Shown here piece after piece: positions 1 through 9,708 of a stretch of DNA of 25,647 nt. The translations under genes were made by a program, and so were the position numbers. The notes below the pieces were generated by a model that was given only the letters and a program-made list of their open reading frames with translations, was not told where the DNA came from and ran no database searches. The number at the start of each line of letters is the position of its first letter. Within the stretch, counting starts at the first letter, position 1. The stretch is from a virus (Duplodnaviria > Caudoviricetes), in the IMG/VR virus record IMGVR_UViG_3300033416_000030, positions 1 to 25,647 of that record; one strand, 5' to 3'.

Positions 1-201
1 TACCAGCGATAGGAGTTCCCGAACGTCCCCTACCAGTTCGCCGACCTTGCTGATGAGCGCCGTCTTCTCGTCCACTTCTTTGAGGTACAGCCACTTCGGA
101 ACCGTGGTCGTATACATCCACAGTACGATTGCGAATAGGCCAGTAGCGACGCCCCAAGGCAGGCCGTACCGCGTCGCGATTGTCAACGGGTCGGGCGTCA
201 T
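1..201 (-). CDS. Small membrane protein, holin-like (3' end runs off window)
   Basis: Not in ORF track. ATG at 201 follows AAGAGGAG and the upstream TAG. Reads MTPDPLTIATRYGLPWGVATGLFAIVLWMYTTTVPKWLYLKEVDEKTALISKVGELVGDVRELLSLV..., i.e. one hydrophobic segment then an amphipathic helix. Position after the tail genes is typical of lysis genes. Confidence 0.55.
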   Translation of the reverse strand, partial: MTPDPLTIATRYGLPWGVATGLFAIVLWMYTTTVPKWLYLKEVDEKTALISKVGELVGDVRELLSLV

Positions 202-1824
202 CTAACCGCTCCTCTTCGCGAGCCGCGCGAGCATGACATCGAGCCGGTACGACGTGGAATCGAGTTCCAGCGTGAGCACCGAATCGCCCTTACACGTCGC
301 CCTGAGCACGATGCAATCCATCTGCCCGTCCGGTAGTCCGTACAGTCTCACCATCTTGCCCGGGCGCACGTCCGGCGCGTAGACCTCCGCCCCGTTCACG
401 TCCAAGATGCGCCGCGTCGTGACCCTGCCCTTACCGCGCGCTCTGCCCTTCTCCGCGAGGAACACGAGCCCCACCGCCGACGCCGTCGCGCTCGATGACG
501 TGTCCAGCGACACATCGCCGTACCGCGTGATTCCCGCCGCGACGAGCGGGTGCGACGTGTCCGTGTCGAGCATGTCCTTGTTCAAGTCCGTGCCCGACTC
601 CGAGCGGTATCTCACCCTCACCGCCGAATAGAGTTCGTCGATGCCCGCCTCGTCCATATCGAACGACTCCGCCTCGTCCAGCCGCACGATGTAGTCGGGC
701 GTCGTGGACAGGGGCGACCAATGAGGGACGCACGCGGGGCCGACGCCCGCGACGCGCTCCATGTAGAACCCCCAACAGTTCGCGACGTGCTCCGTGAGCG
801 TGTCCAGTTTGCTTTTCGCATCGCTCGACTCGAACAGGAGCGGCTCGATGACGGTAGCCTCCGCGCCCACCCACGCTCTGTACGCGCTCCCGCTCGGCAG
901 GTAGTCGGTATCGACCTCATGGTCGAGGATGTCCTCGAACACGTTGTGCGTCGTAGGGCTCGTCACGCCCGATGCCCCGTACACCTTCGGGTTCGTTACG
1001 CTGATGCCGTAGTTCGCCGCCGGGACAGCATCGCCCGTGGGCGAGAACTGGAACATGAGGTAGCGCACGCTCGTTGCGCTTGCGTCCATCGCCTGCGTCG
1101 TGCCCGCGCTCCCCGTCACGTTGTCCAATGACCCGCCCCACGTCACCGGCTCGTCCGCCGCCGACGCCGTCGGGTTATGCACCCCCGCGTACACGTCCAT
1201 CTGTCCGTACGACGCCCACGCGTTGACCTCATATGTGCCCGTCACGCGCGCCCAGTTCGCGCTCGCGCCGAAGTCGTACACCCATCCCTGATAGTTCGCC
1301 GTCGTCCACTTGGCTGTCCCCGCGCCGCTGTCGTAGACCGCGTCCGCGCTCGCGGTGGTCGTCGTGATATAGAGCCTGTTGAAGTCCGACGTGAGCGACC
1401 ACGCCGATGTCCTGCTCTGCCGCCCTGTCTCCATCCACGCCGATGTCCGCGTGTCGCAGTACACGACGGCGCGCCGCCCGAGCGTCGTACACCATCCCCA
1501 CCCCGACGCCAACAACGGTTCGCCCCTGCCCGGACGCCGGATGACGATGCCCTGCCACACGATGCCCGTATCCCCATGCACCCTGAGCCTGCCACCGCGC
1601 ACCCACGCGCGCTCCTCGTCCGATAACTCGCACTCCACCGTCGCCTGCTCGTAGCCGAAGTTCAGCGTGCTTGAGAACTCCGGCGCGCTCAGCACCGTGA
1701 GCCGGTATTCCTCGCGCCCCGGAGGTTTGACCGTGACGACGAGACCATCGACCGACCTCCCCGCGAAGGTCGCGACGCCGCCCGCCGGGAGCGAGTCGAG
1801 GAGCCCTACGTCCCAAAGCGTCAT
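202..1824 (-). CDS. Tail tip / baseplate hub (Tal-like) protein
   Basis: 540 aa, second gene after the tape measure. Has VWQG and DVRPGKMVRL...RAT segments typical of hub proteins, plus a central Ser/Thr/aromatic-rich insert. Confidence 0.6.
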   Translation of the reverse strand: MTLWDVGLLDSLPAGGVATFAGRSVDGLVVTVKPPGREEYRLTVLSAPEFSSTLNFGYEQATVECELSDEERAWVRGGRLRVHGDTGIVWQGIVIRRPGRGEPLLASGWGWCTTLGRRAVVYCDTRTSAWMETGRQSRTSAWSLTSDFNRLYITTTTASADAVYDSGAGTAKWTTANYQGWVYDFGASANWARVTGTYEVNAWASYGQMDVYAGVHNPTASAADEPVTWGGSLDNVTGSAGTTQAMDASATSVRYLMFQFSPTGDAVPAANYGISVTNPKVYGASGVTSPTTHNVFEDILDHEVDTDYLPSGSAYRAWVGAEATVIEPLLFESSDAKSKLDTLTEHVANCWGFYMERVAGVGPACVPHWSPLSTTPDYIVRLDEAESFDMDEAGIDELYSAVRVRYRSESGTDLNKDMLDTDTSHPLVAAGITRYGDVSLDTSSSATASAVGLVFLAEKGRARGKGRVTTRRILDVNGAEVYAPDVRPGKMVRLYGLPDGQMDCIVLRATCKGDSVLTLELDSTSYRLDVMLARLAKRSG

Positions 1825-1827
1825 GAC

Positions 1828-3537
1828 CTATCCCGTCGCCGTGAGATAGCGCGGACGGTACGCCCATTCGATGCCGCCGCTCATGAACCCGTTAGCCGAA
1901 GCGTCCGCCTGTATCACCCCGAACACGATTCGGTTGTTGACTCCCGGCTTGAGCCGGAGCGGTCTGCGAATCTCGCACAGGTCGAACACCGCATTGCCGA
2001 TGCCGCCGGACGCGTTCGACAGATACGGCGTATCCGTGTCGCCGTCGTACCATATCGCCAAGTCGCCCGACGCCGAGCGACGATATACGACCGCCGCATA
2101 ATCGACCGGGACGCGCTGCACGTAATCGAGCCCGATGGTCGTAGCCGAGCCCTGAGCCGCATACACGGGGTTCGTGGTGTTGAACCCGACCGGGGTGGAA
2201 GCGAGGAGTTTGAAGTACAGGTCGTTGTTCGCTTCCGCCGCCCATACCCCGCCGACGCACGTAGACATCTTGCCGCCCGCCCACGAACCCACTGTGGAGT
2301 AGTACGGGTCGAACGCCCTGTTCGTGTCCCATACCACGATGCACGCAGGGTCGCCGGACGAGAGCATGTACGGGATGTGGAAGGTGACGGTGAACTCACC
2401 GCTCGCCGTGATATACGCCGTGCCGGAAGCCAGTCCGCTCCCCACCGGCACGTCCCCGCTCGCCTGATACAACGTCCCTGCGACACCGGCAGGGGTAGAG
2501 GCCGACGCCTTGAACGTGAACCCCGTCACGCGCATGTCCCCGCTCGCGGTGAACGATTGCCCCACATGGGTTATGGACGACGCGCTCAGGTCGCGCATCG
2601 CCGATGCCGTCGTGTTCTCGTAGAACGCCGAGGATGAGCCCCACCCGAGGTTCCCGATGCTCACGTCCGGCACCTGAGCGCACGGGATGGTCACGTCCCC
2701 TAACTCCACGCCCGTGAGCGCCGAGGCCGACAGCGAGCCCGAGCCCTCGTACACCGTCACCGACGAGGAGACGCCGTTTCCCGTGATTGTCGTCGCGCCC
2801 TGATACGTCGCCGCGTTCGTGCAGGCGCTCGCGTCCACGCGCGCGAGGAGCAGGCTCCGTCCCCTGTTCGCGTTCGTGTCCACGTTAGGCGGCGAACCCA
2901 CGACCGCCCCGCCCGCCGATGCCGTGAGGGTCGCCTTCGCCGAGTTGAGCGCGTTCGCGTCCGCCGTCCCCGAGTAGTCGTCGAGGTACGAGTACAGTGT
3001 GTCGGGGTCTGCCTTCACCCCTATCGCCAACAACGTCCCCGATGCCGACGGGCACGCGCGAATCGAAAGCAGCGCGTCCACCTCGCCCGTGATACCCGAC
3101 GCGTCGATATGTCCGGGGATGTACGTCAGTTCCCCGCTCGCGTTCGTTTCCGCGCTCCACGCGCCCAACCAGTACGGGTCTGTCGTAGCCGTCACCGAGA
3201 GGAGCACGCCGATTCCCTCGCGCGCCGACGGGTTGTACGTCGCTTCCTGCACCTTACACTCGCGCATCCTGCACGACAGCACGTCGCCCGACGCGCCGTG
3301 CCTGAAGTACAGGTAGTTGTCCCTCACGCCTTCACGCCTCAACAGCGCGACGTTGTCGTTCATATCCGCCGTGTCCGTACCCGTCACCCACACGTCGAAC
3401 GAACGCACCGCTGGCACATGCCCACCGTAACCGTCAGGTGCAGGTTCAGGGAACGAGGGCTTGCCCGTGAGGAAGTAATCGGTGGGCTCCTCGCCACTCT
3501 CGATGACGCACGAACCGACAGCCAGATAGAGCGTCAT
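1828..3537 (-). CDS. Distal tail (Dit-like) protein with inserted beta-rich, possibly carbohydrate-binding domain
   Basis: 569 aa, ATGA-coupled to the tape measure. DPYWLG near the N-terminus and LKPGVNNRI...YRPRYL at the C-terminus are Dit-like. Central HVGQSFT...DLYFK module. Confidence 0.6.
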   Translation of the reverse strand: MTLYLAVGSCVIESGEEPTDYFLTGKPSFPEPAPDGYGGHVPAVRSFDVWVTGTDTADMNDNVALLRREGVRDNYLYFRHGASGDVLSCRMRECKVQEATYNPSAREGIGVLLSVTATTDPYWLGAWSAETNASGELTYIPGHIDASGITGEVDALLSIRACPSASGTLLAIGVKADPDTLYSYLDDYSGTADANALNSAKATLTASAGGAVVGSPPNVDTNANRGRSLLLARVDASACTNAATYQGATTITGNGVSSSVTVYEGSGSLSASALTGVELGDVTIPCAQVPDVSIGNLGWGSSSAFYENTTASAMRDLSASSITHVGQSFTASGDMRVTGFTFKASASTPAGVAGTLYQASGDVPVGSGLASGTAYITASGEFTVTFHIPYMLSSGDPACIVVWDTNRAFDPYYSTVGSWAGGKMSTCVGGVWAAEANNDLYFKLLASTPVGFNTTNPVYAAQGSATTIGLDYVQRVPVDYAAVVYRRSASGDLAIWYDGDTDTPYLSNASGGIGNAVFDLCEIRRPLRLKPGVNNRIVFGVIQADASANGFMSGGIEWAYRPRYLTATG

Positions 3538-6500
3538 GATGCCCTCCCGAGCGCGAGCGCGGAACGAACCTCAGTTCGCAGCACGTCCTCCACCGCCTTA
3601 CGGATGACCGGCACGCTCGTCGCGTCCTGTGCCGTGACGTTGACCGTGTAGTTGTTCGTGGTCGTGGCGACCGGAGCGGGCGACTCCCCGGCGATACGGT
3701 CGAGCACGCCCGTGTCCAGCGTGAGCCGAGCCGCCACGTCGAGGGGCGGTATCTCCGGCATGAGCACGCTCGCGACGACCTGAAGCGGGATGGTCTCGGG
3801 TATCTCCGCCCCGAGCAGCGCCGACAAATCGAGCGGCCTGATGCGCTCCCGCTCCAATCCGAGCATGAACCCCGCGACCGCGTCCGCGCCCACGTCCGCC
3901 ATTTCCTGCGACGGGGACTTCGCTCTCAGTTCCTCGCGCATCCACCTCGGGACGTTGCGCGCCATACCCGTGACCGCGCTCTTGACCGTCGGAGTGCTCC
4001 CCCTGATGCCCTCTGCGAGCCCCGCGCCCACCGACGAGCCCACGCTCCGAATAGAGGACACATCCGCCCTCAACCACGTCGGCAGGTCGCGCCCGAGCCG
4101 CTGGACAGGTGCCTTTGCCGCGCCCGCGCCGCTCTTGACGCCCTCGCCGAGCGCCGCTCCGATGCCCTCACCGGTCTCGAACGCAAGCGCCTCATACTCC
4201 TTGCGCGCCTTGTCGAGTTCGCCTTTGAGCCGCGTCGCGCTCGCGCCGAGTTCCTCTATCCAAGACGGAGCCTCTTTCGTCCTCTTCGCCGTGGCGTGTT
4301 TCGATACGGCCTCTCCGTACTCCTTCTCCACCTCTGCGAGTTTCGCGGCAGCGAGCCTCCGCCGCTCCGCATATCGGTCGTCCTCTGTGACGCCCCTGTG
4401 CCGCACCGCCTCGAACTCGCTCTGTGCCTTGTCCAAGTCCTTCGCCACGCGCTCGCGTCGCGCTACCGCGTTCTCGTAGAACTTCCGCATCTTATCGACG
4501 GGGTTGTCCTTGTCCTTCTCGTGTGCGCGAACGTCGGAATCGGCCTCTGCGTACGCCTTGCGCGCTTTCTTTACCTTGTCTGCCGCGACCTTGAGCCGCG
4601 CCGCGTGCTCCTCGTCCGCCGTGATTGCCTTACGCCTCTTTGCCGCGACCGCCTCTGCCTTGCCCACATCCTCTGAGGTCGTGTACCGGAGGGAACTCCC
4701 GCGCGGCATATCCTTGTCTTTCGCGTACTTATCCCTGACCTTCGCGACGTTCCGCAACGCCGCCTCATACGACCGTTGCTGGCGCGTCACGTCCCGCGCG
4801 TCGAACAAATCCGACACGCCCTCCGCCACGAGTGCCACGTCCGAGCCGAACCCGCCCCACGTTTCGAGGACGGCCGTCGATATGCGAACCTTCGACCCGT
4901 CCTTCATGAGCCCGTCCGCGAACCCCGCTACCGTGTCCTCGCCGATGCCCTCCATGACCTTTGACGGGGACGAAATCTCCAACAGCACCCGCACCCACGC
5001 GGGGACAGCGTTCCCCAACGATGTTGCCGCCGCTTGCAGTTTCGCCCGTTCGTCGGGGCTCAACAGTCCACTCGTGAGCCCCTGCACGATGCCCGCACCT
5101 ACGCCGTACATCGTGCCGGGGATAGGCGCGAACGGTGAGGTCACGCTCGCGGCGAGGCCCTGTGCGGCAGTAGCAGCGTCGGGAGTACCTTGCTTGATAC
5201 CACGCGTGAGCCCAGCGGGGACGGCATCGCCCATGCGCCGGTAGTCCTCCGGCTTGAACGTGCGGGCGAGGGTCTCCGACACCTCCGCCGCCATGCTGAC
5301 GGTAGACTCCGTGACCGCCGAGGCGTTCGCTTCCATCGCCTCTGTCATGCGTGCAGCCGAACGGATGGTGCCGTTACGTGCGTCGATTACGTCGAGTTCC
5401 GCCTCGCGTATCTCGCGCGCGGTCGCCTTCGGGTTCTTGCGTACCTCCTTGAGCGCCTTCTCCGCGTCGATGAGCCGGAACTTCGCGCGCTCGTCCGCTA
5501 TCTGTGCATCGACTACGTCCAGCCCGGAGTCCCGCAGGATGTCGTTGGCGTCCGCCTGCGACAGAATCGCGTCCGTCGTGTCATCCGTCGCCCCGCCCAA
5601 TGCCGCCTGAGCCTTCGCGAACTCAAGCGCCGCGTCCTTTGCGGTCTTGCCGCCCTTTGATGCGTCTTGGAGCCCCTTGTACCACGCGCGTATCTGCGGA
5701 ATCGCCAGCGCTATCTGTCCGCTCATGAGCGTCAAACCGATACGCCACAACTGGGCGTTCGCGATGAACTTGCCCGCGCCTTCGCCCAACTTTGTGAACG
5801 TGTCGTTGAGTTGTGCCAGCCCGTACGCCGCCCGCTCCGACGCGGAACCCACCTGCACGAGCCCGTCGCTCAGCCCCTTCGTGAATCCCTTGGTGAAGGC
5901 CGTCACGAGGATGGAACCCTCTTTGACGATGGGCAGGAGTTCGGTGCCGATAGCGGTCTTGAGCGCCCTAATGGAGTTCTGCATCTTCTCCGTCGCGCCC
6001 TGCGTCGTGTCTCCATACGCCTTCGCCGCGCCCCGCGCGCGGTCTTGAATCATGCGTATGTATTCGAGCCGGTTCCCGCCCTCTTTCGCCTCGATGCCGA
6101 ACTGTTTGAGGACGCGCGTGTTGCCCGCGAGGACGAGCCCCAACTTCTGCGCCGACTGTGCCGCCGTCCAGTTCTTAGCCCGCGCAACGTCCGTGGCGAC
6201 GCCCATGAGGCGCATCGCCTGTTCCGAGTCCCCCGTCATCTGCACGAGCGTTGTGAACGCGTCGCGCAAATCCCCCTTGCCGAGCGCGGACAAATCCGAG
6301 AGTTCCCCTACGAGTTCCTTGACGCGGGGTTGCACCGTTGCGAACGAATCGCCTGCCGCCGTGACCGCCGCGCCCATACGCGCCCACGAGACCTCGGCCT
6401 TCATAGCGGCTGCGACCGATTCCTTCGCGAACTTCACGACAGCCGCGACCGAGAACGCCGCCGCCATCGGCCCCGCGAGCCCGAGCACCTGAGACTTCAG

Positions 6501-6599
6501 CGACTTCGTCGAGCCGCCGACCTCCTGAAACGCCTTCTTTGCGCCCGTGGAGTCGCCCCGGAACCGGAGGAGAAGGTCTTGCATCGACGTGGCTCCCAC
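3534..6599 (-). CDS. Tape measure protein
   Basis: 1021 aa, Ala/Gly/Lys-rich and helical. GNTRVLKQFGI motif, SPS motifs, C-terminal NNYTVNV. Follows tail tube and chaperones. Confidence 0.9.
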   Translation of the reverse strand: MGATSMQDLLLRFRGDSTGAKKAFQEVGGSTKSLKSQVLGLAGPMAAAFSVAAVVKFAKESVAAAMKAEVSWARMGAAVTAAGDSFATVQPRVKELVGELSDLSALGKGDLRDAFTTLVQMTGDSEQAMRLMGVATDVARAKNWTAAQSAQKLGLVLAGNTRVLKQFGIEAKEGGNRLEYIRMIQDRARGAAKAYGDTTQGATEKMQNSIRALKTAIGTELLPIVKEGSILVTAFTKGFTKGLSDGLVQVGSASERAAYGLAQLNDTFTKLGEGAGKFIANAQLWRIGLTLMSGQIALAIPQIRAWYKGLQDASKGGKTAKDAALEFAKAQAALGGATDDTTDAILSQADANDILRDSGLDVVDAQIADERAKFRLIDAEKALKEVRKNPKATAREIREAELDVIDARNGTIRSAARMTEAMEANASAVTESTVSMAAEVSETLARTFKPEDYRRMGDAVPAGLTRGIKQGTPDAATAAQGLAASVTSPFAPIPGTMYGVGAGIVQGLTSGLLSPDERAKLQAAATSLGNAVPAWVRVLLEISSPSKVMEGIGEDTVAGFADGLMKDGSKVRISTAVLETWGGFGSDVALVAEGVSDLFDARDVTRQQRSYEAALRNVAKVRDKYAKDKDMPRGSSLRYTTSEDVGKAEAVAAKRRKAITADEEHAARLKVAADKVKKARKAYAEADSDVRAHEKDKDNPVDKMRKFYENAVARRERVAKDLDKAQSEFEAVRHRGVTEDDRYAERRRLAAAKLAEVEKEYGEAVSKHATAKRTKEAPSWIEELGASATRLKGELDKARKEYEALAFETGEGIGAALGEGVKSGAGAAKAPVQRLGRDLPTWLRADVSSIRSVGSSVGAGLAEGIRGSTPTVKSAVTGMARNVPRWMREELRAKSPSQEMADVGADAVAGFMLGLERERIRPLDLSALLGAEIPETIPLQVVASVLMPEIPPLDVAARLTLDTGVLDRIAGESPAPVATTTNNYTVNVTAQDATSVPVIRKAVEDVLRTEVRSALALGRAS

Positions 6600-6736
6600 T
6601 AGAGCACCATCCCCATGAGTTCGTCCGGGTTATCGCGCGCTGGGCGGCTGGCGTCCTCCAACACCTCGGCCAAATCCCACGACAGGTCGTACGCCCGTCG
6701 CGGCGTCAGGCCGTGGTATACCTCCGTCCACCTCAT
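6599..6736 (-). CDS. Second tail assembly chaperone segment (lambda T-like), separately started or frameshift-fused
   Basis: MRWTEVYHGLTPRRAYDLSWDLAEVLEDASRPARDNPDELMGMVL fills the gap before the tape measure. AGGAG lies 8 nt before ATG 6736. The frame is also open upstream in the -1 frame of the chaperone. Confidence 0.55.
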   Translation of the reverse strand: MRWTEVYHGLTPRRAYDLSWDLAEVLEDASRPARDNPDELMGMVL

Positions 6737-6747
6737 GCCGATGACTC

Positions 6748-7104
6748 CTAAGGTGCGGGCTGCTCTGACGGCTTCTCGCTGCCACGTCGTTTCGTAGGGC
6801 GCTCGGTGTCCGCCTTCGTCTGCGGTAGCGCCTCTTCGACCAGCGCGGAAATCACGTCCCACATGTTGTCGCGCCCGTCCATGGGGATGAGTTTGGACAC
6901 CTCCACGGGGTGCCACACGCGCGCGGGTTCGCCCCTCGAATCGAGCGGTTCCGCGTCCGTGAGCAACGCCGCGAGCGATGCAGGCAACGCGGCGAGTTCC
7001 GTCGTCGCTCCCTGCCCGTACTCGTCCATGAGTTGCATCCCGTAGTAGGTGGGCGGTCTGAGCACATGCTCCCCGTCCAGCAACCGAATCGTCAGTTCCG
7101 TCAT
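6748..7104 (-). CDS. Tail assembly chaperone
   Basis: 118 aa acidic protein between tail tube and tape measure; AGGGAG RBS. Confidence 0.65.
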   Translation of the reverse strand: MTELTIRLLDGEHVLRPPTYYGMQLMDEYGQGATTELAALPASLAALLTDAEPLDSRGEPARVWHPVEVSKLIPMDGRDNMWDVISALVEEALPQTKADTERPTKRRGSEKPSEQPAP

Positions 7105-7122
7105 GACCCACTCCCTACCGAG

Positions 7123-7157
7123 TTCCGGGGGGACGTGGTAGGCCGTCCCCGCCGGAA
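7123..7157 (-). promoter_or_regulatory. GC-rich stem-loop after tail tube gene (attenuator or mRNA stabiliser)
   Basis: Minus strand TTCCGG-C-GGGGACG / GCCTACCA / CGTCCCC-CCGGAA: 13-bp stem with a 1-nt bulge, no U-tract. Confidence 0.5.
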
Positions 7158-7179
7158 ACCAACAACTAGCCCCTACCTG

Positions 7180-7710
7180 CTAGGTGCCTGCCTGCAAGTA
7201 CCGAATGAACTTCTTTCCCGCCGATGCGTCCACATCGACCATGACCTTGAACTTGACTTCGAGGATTTCCTGCTCCTTGCCGACCTTGCGCGTGGAGCCG
7301 GGGACGATGTTGCACTTGGTCGCAATCATCGTCGAAGCCGAGCCGTCGATGTACCACGGGTGCGTGACGATTGCATAGTTCGTGGGCGTCGTCGCCGATG
7401 CGTCGTTCGTGAGCACCGCCGCGCTGCCGGTCGTCCCGAACAGGAGCATCATCGCGCTCGATGTGACCTCTTCGAGTTGCAGCGTGATAGTCCCGTTGTA
7501 GCCGCTAACCGCCGTCCCGACCGTAGCGTCGTTGTACGCCGTGGAAGTCGCCTCAAGAATCTCCGCCGTGACCTCGAACGAGACCTCGCGGATAGAACCG
7601 AGCGACGAGACCGGTGCCACCATAGCCGACGCGCTCGTGGCGAGGGCGTAGCCGCTGCCCGTCGTGATGTAGCCCGCATAACTGGGACGGGTGAGGACAT
7701 AGTTACTCAT
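7180..7710 (-). CDS. Major tail tube protein
   Basis: 176 aa beta-rich protein with a strong AGGAGG RBS; position before chaperone and tape measure; followed by a hairpin. Confidence 0.7.
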   Translation of the reverse strand: MSNYVLTRPSYAGYITTGSGYALATSASAMVAPVSSLGSIREVSFEVTAEILEATSTAYNDATVGTAVSGYNGTITLQLEEVTSSAMMLLFGTTGSAAVLTNDASATTPTNYAIVTHPWYIDGSASTMIATKCNIVPGSTRKVGKEQEILEVKFKVMVDVDASAGKKFIRYLQAGT

Positions 7711-7733
7711 GCTTTACCTCCCTTCGGGAGTAC

Positions 7734-8180
7734 TCAGATGGACTCCATGAGATTGACGGTCAGCCGCGCTCCGACCGCTTGAACCCAGTCCCCTTCTGTC
7801 CTGTCCGTCGGAGGGGAAACGGTCATGCCTGCGAGCGTCACCGCGTACCCGTCGCCCTGAATGAAGTCGAAGAGCCGCCCCAGCGCGGTGGCGTACCCCT
7901 GCATCTGTGCATCCAGTTCGTCGAGGTCGGCGTTGTTCCCAAAGACGTTCACCCATAACTCAGACACCGTCGTGATACTGTCGCCGGTGAGTGCCTCTAC
8001 CTCGATGAACGGCGGCGTTATCTCGATGAACGGATACTGCATGGACTCACGCCGGGAACGGAGTATCTCTACTATGTCGGGGAGCGTCACGCCCTGCTCC
8101 ACCATGACCGCGTTGAGGTCGAGCGATGCGAGCGCGGTCTCCGCGATGTCCCTTACCCGCTTGTACGCGTCGAAAGCCAC
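7734..8180 (-). CDS. Putative tail terminator / tail completion protein
   Basis: 148 aa acidic protein with YPFIEI motif, located between the gpG-like gene and tail tube. Confidence 0.55.
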   Translation of the reverse strand: MAFDAYKRVRDIAETALASLDLNAVMVEQGVTLPDIVEILRSRRESMQYPFIEITPPFIEVEALTGDSITTVSELWVNVFGNNADLDELDAQMQGYATALGRLFDFIQGDGYAVTLAGMTVSPPTDRTEGDWVQAVGARLTVNLMESI

Positions 8181-8657
8181 CTATCTGCCCCAAGCCTTCC
8201 TGAACTCCTCTGATGCCGCCCTGCCCGCCAAAGCGAACTCGCCGCGATACTTCCTCGGTATCTGCAACGGCGGGCGCGCGGGCATCTTCCGCGTCCCGTA
8301 CTGATGATAGTTGGCGTACGGCACGGAGGTGCCTATCGCCATCCATTGCGCGTGCGGCTCGAACACCGAATAGTCGCCGTCCGTCGTGAGCGAATCCCTC
8401 AACACGCCCGTGAGCGTCAGGATGGGGCCGGGATAGTTCTTCGCCTTCCACGCCGCATACGCTTCCGAGAGCGGAGCCCACTTGCTCTCGCCGCCCTCCG
8501 CCGCGAACATCCTGCTTTCGACCGCGTGGAACGCCGTCTTGTAGTAAGGCCACAACCAGCGGAGGTCGTTCGCCGCCCGCTCCATGCGCGACAGCGAGAG
8601 TTGCAGCGCAGGCAACCCGTCGATGTGGACATCGACCTTGAGTTGGCTCCCGACCAT
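8181..8657 (-). CDS. Virion morphogenesis protein, Mu gpG / P2 gpS-like
   Basis: WAPLSEAY..WK, ILTLTGVLRDS and GTSVPYANYHQYGTRKMPARP motifs. Confidence 0.85.
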   Translation of the reverse strand: MVGSQLKVDVHIDGLPALQLSLSRMERAANDLRWLWPYYKTAFHAVESRMFAAEGGESKWAPLSEAYAAWKAKNYPGPILTLTGVLRDSLTTDGDYSVFEPHAQWMAIGTSVPYANYHQYGTRKMPARPPLQIPRKYRGEFALAGRAASEEFRKAWGR

Positions 8658-9122
8658 CTACTGCTGCCCGTAGTCGTACGCGAAGTCGTCCGAGACATAC
8701 CTCGGGAACGCGGTCACCGCGCCCGCGCCGCTCACTCCCGGCACGCCGATGTCCGGCGCTTCCGTGAGGTTCGCGTTCTCCAGCAACTTCGTCATGATGC
8801 TCTGCGCTTCATCCAACAGCATATCGACCGCCGCATTGGGCGGGATGCCCTGCCCGAGCGCGAGCACCTGATACACGTTCGCCGCTGCCCTTCGTTCCGA
8901 GACCGCCGTGAGCAGGTACACGGTCATCGTATCCGTCACGGGCAGCGCCCACCCGTCCCCCGTGAGTTCCGCGTCGATGAGCGCCGACTCCTCCTTGAGC
9001 CGAATGTCCACCGCCGACGCGGAGGGCTCCGAAGAGGAGTTGAGCGTGAACGCGTTGACGTACCGCTGCACCCCCGCCGTCGTCCCGTACGTCACGCCCG
9101 ACGAATCCAGAGGCCATCCCAT
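8658..9122 (-). CDS. Head-tail adaptor (Mu gp36-like)
   Basis: Start reassigned to ATG 9122 (TAATG overlap with upstream stop). YGTTAGV...IDAEL...WALPV pattern; sits directly before the gpG-like gene. Confidence 0.65.
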   Translation of the reverse strand: MGWPLDSSGVTYGTTAGVQRYVNAFTLNSSSEPSASAVDIRLKEESALIDAELTGDGWALPVTDTMTVYLLTAVSERRAAANVYQVLALGQGIPPNAAVDMLLDEAQSIMTKLLENANLTEAPDIGVPGVSGAGAVTAFPRYVSDDFAYDYGQQ

Positions 9123-9697
9123 TACGCAATCACCGTCCTCGAAGTGAACGTCGTCACCCCAGGCCACGACGGTTTGACCGTGTACGTGAGCCCGTCAACG
9201 AGCGTGAGCGTGAAGTTCCCCGATGCCGTAGCCGTCGCGACCGCGACCGGCTGTGTCCCCACATACGCGAACACGAACGCCCCCGGAGGGACGACGCCGA
9301 GCGCCTGACTCGATGTGTCCGTCGTGTCCTTCGTCACCGTGATAGTGCCGGACGCGTGCGTAGCCGTGAGCCCGCCTGTGCCCACGTCGTTGTATACGAC
9401 CATGCTCCCCCACGTCGCTGTCGGGACGGTGTAGACGCCGCTCGCGCTATGCACCTCCCATTCGTACTCGTACGTGCCCGCGACCGCGAGGTCTGTGCTC
9501 GTGAACGTATACGCGACCTGTCCGGACGCGCCGACCACGATGGTCGCCGACCCGCTGATGCGGTACTCGCTCTCACCCGCGACGCGCGCCATGAAATACA
9601 CCGTCGAGCCCGACACGTTGCACGCCGTACCCGTCGAATCGAGCAGCGTGTCCGTGATGGTCGGCAGCGTGTCGTTCTGCTTGAAGTACTTAGCCAT
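9122..9697 (-). CDS. BppU N-terminal-like domain protein with C-terminal beta-sandwich
   Basis: KQNDTLP...GQVAYTF...DLAVAGTYEYEWEV...YTVP matches the BppU_N pattern; tail ATATASGNFTLTL..G.TYTV. Confidence 0.65.
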   Translation of the reverse strand: MAKYFKQNDTLPTITDTLLDSTGTACNVSGSTVYFMARVAGESEYRISGSATIVVGASGQVAYTFTSTDLAVAGTYEYEWEVHSASGVYTVPTATWGSMVVYNDVGTGGLTATHASGTITVTKDTTDTSSQALGVVPPGAFVFAYVGTQPVAVATATASGNFTLTLVDGLTYTVKPSWPGVTTFTSRTVIA

Positions 9698-9708
9698 CGC
9701 CTGCTCCT

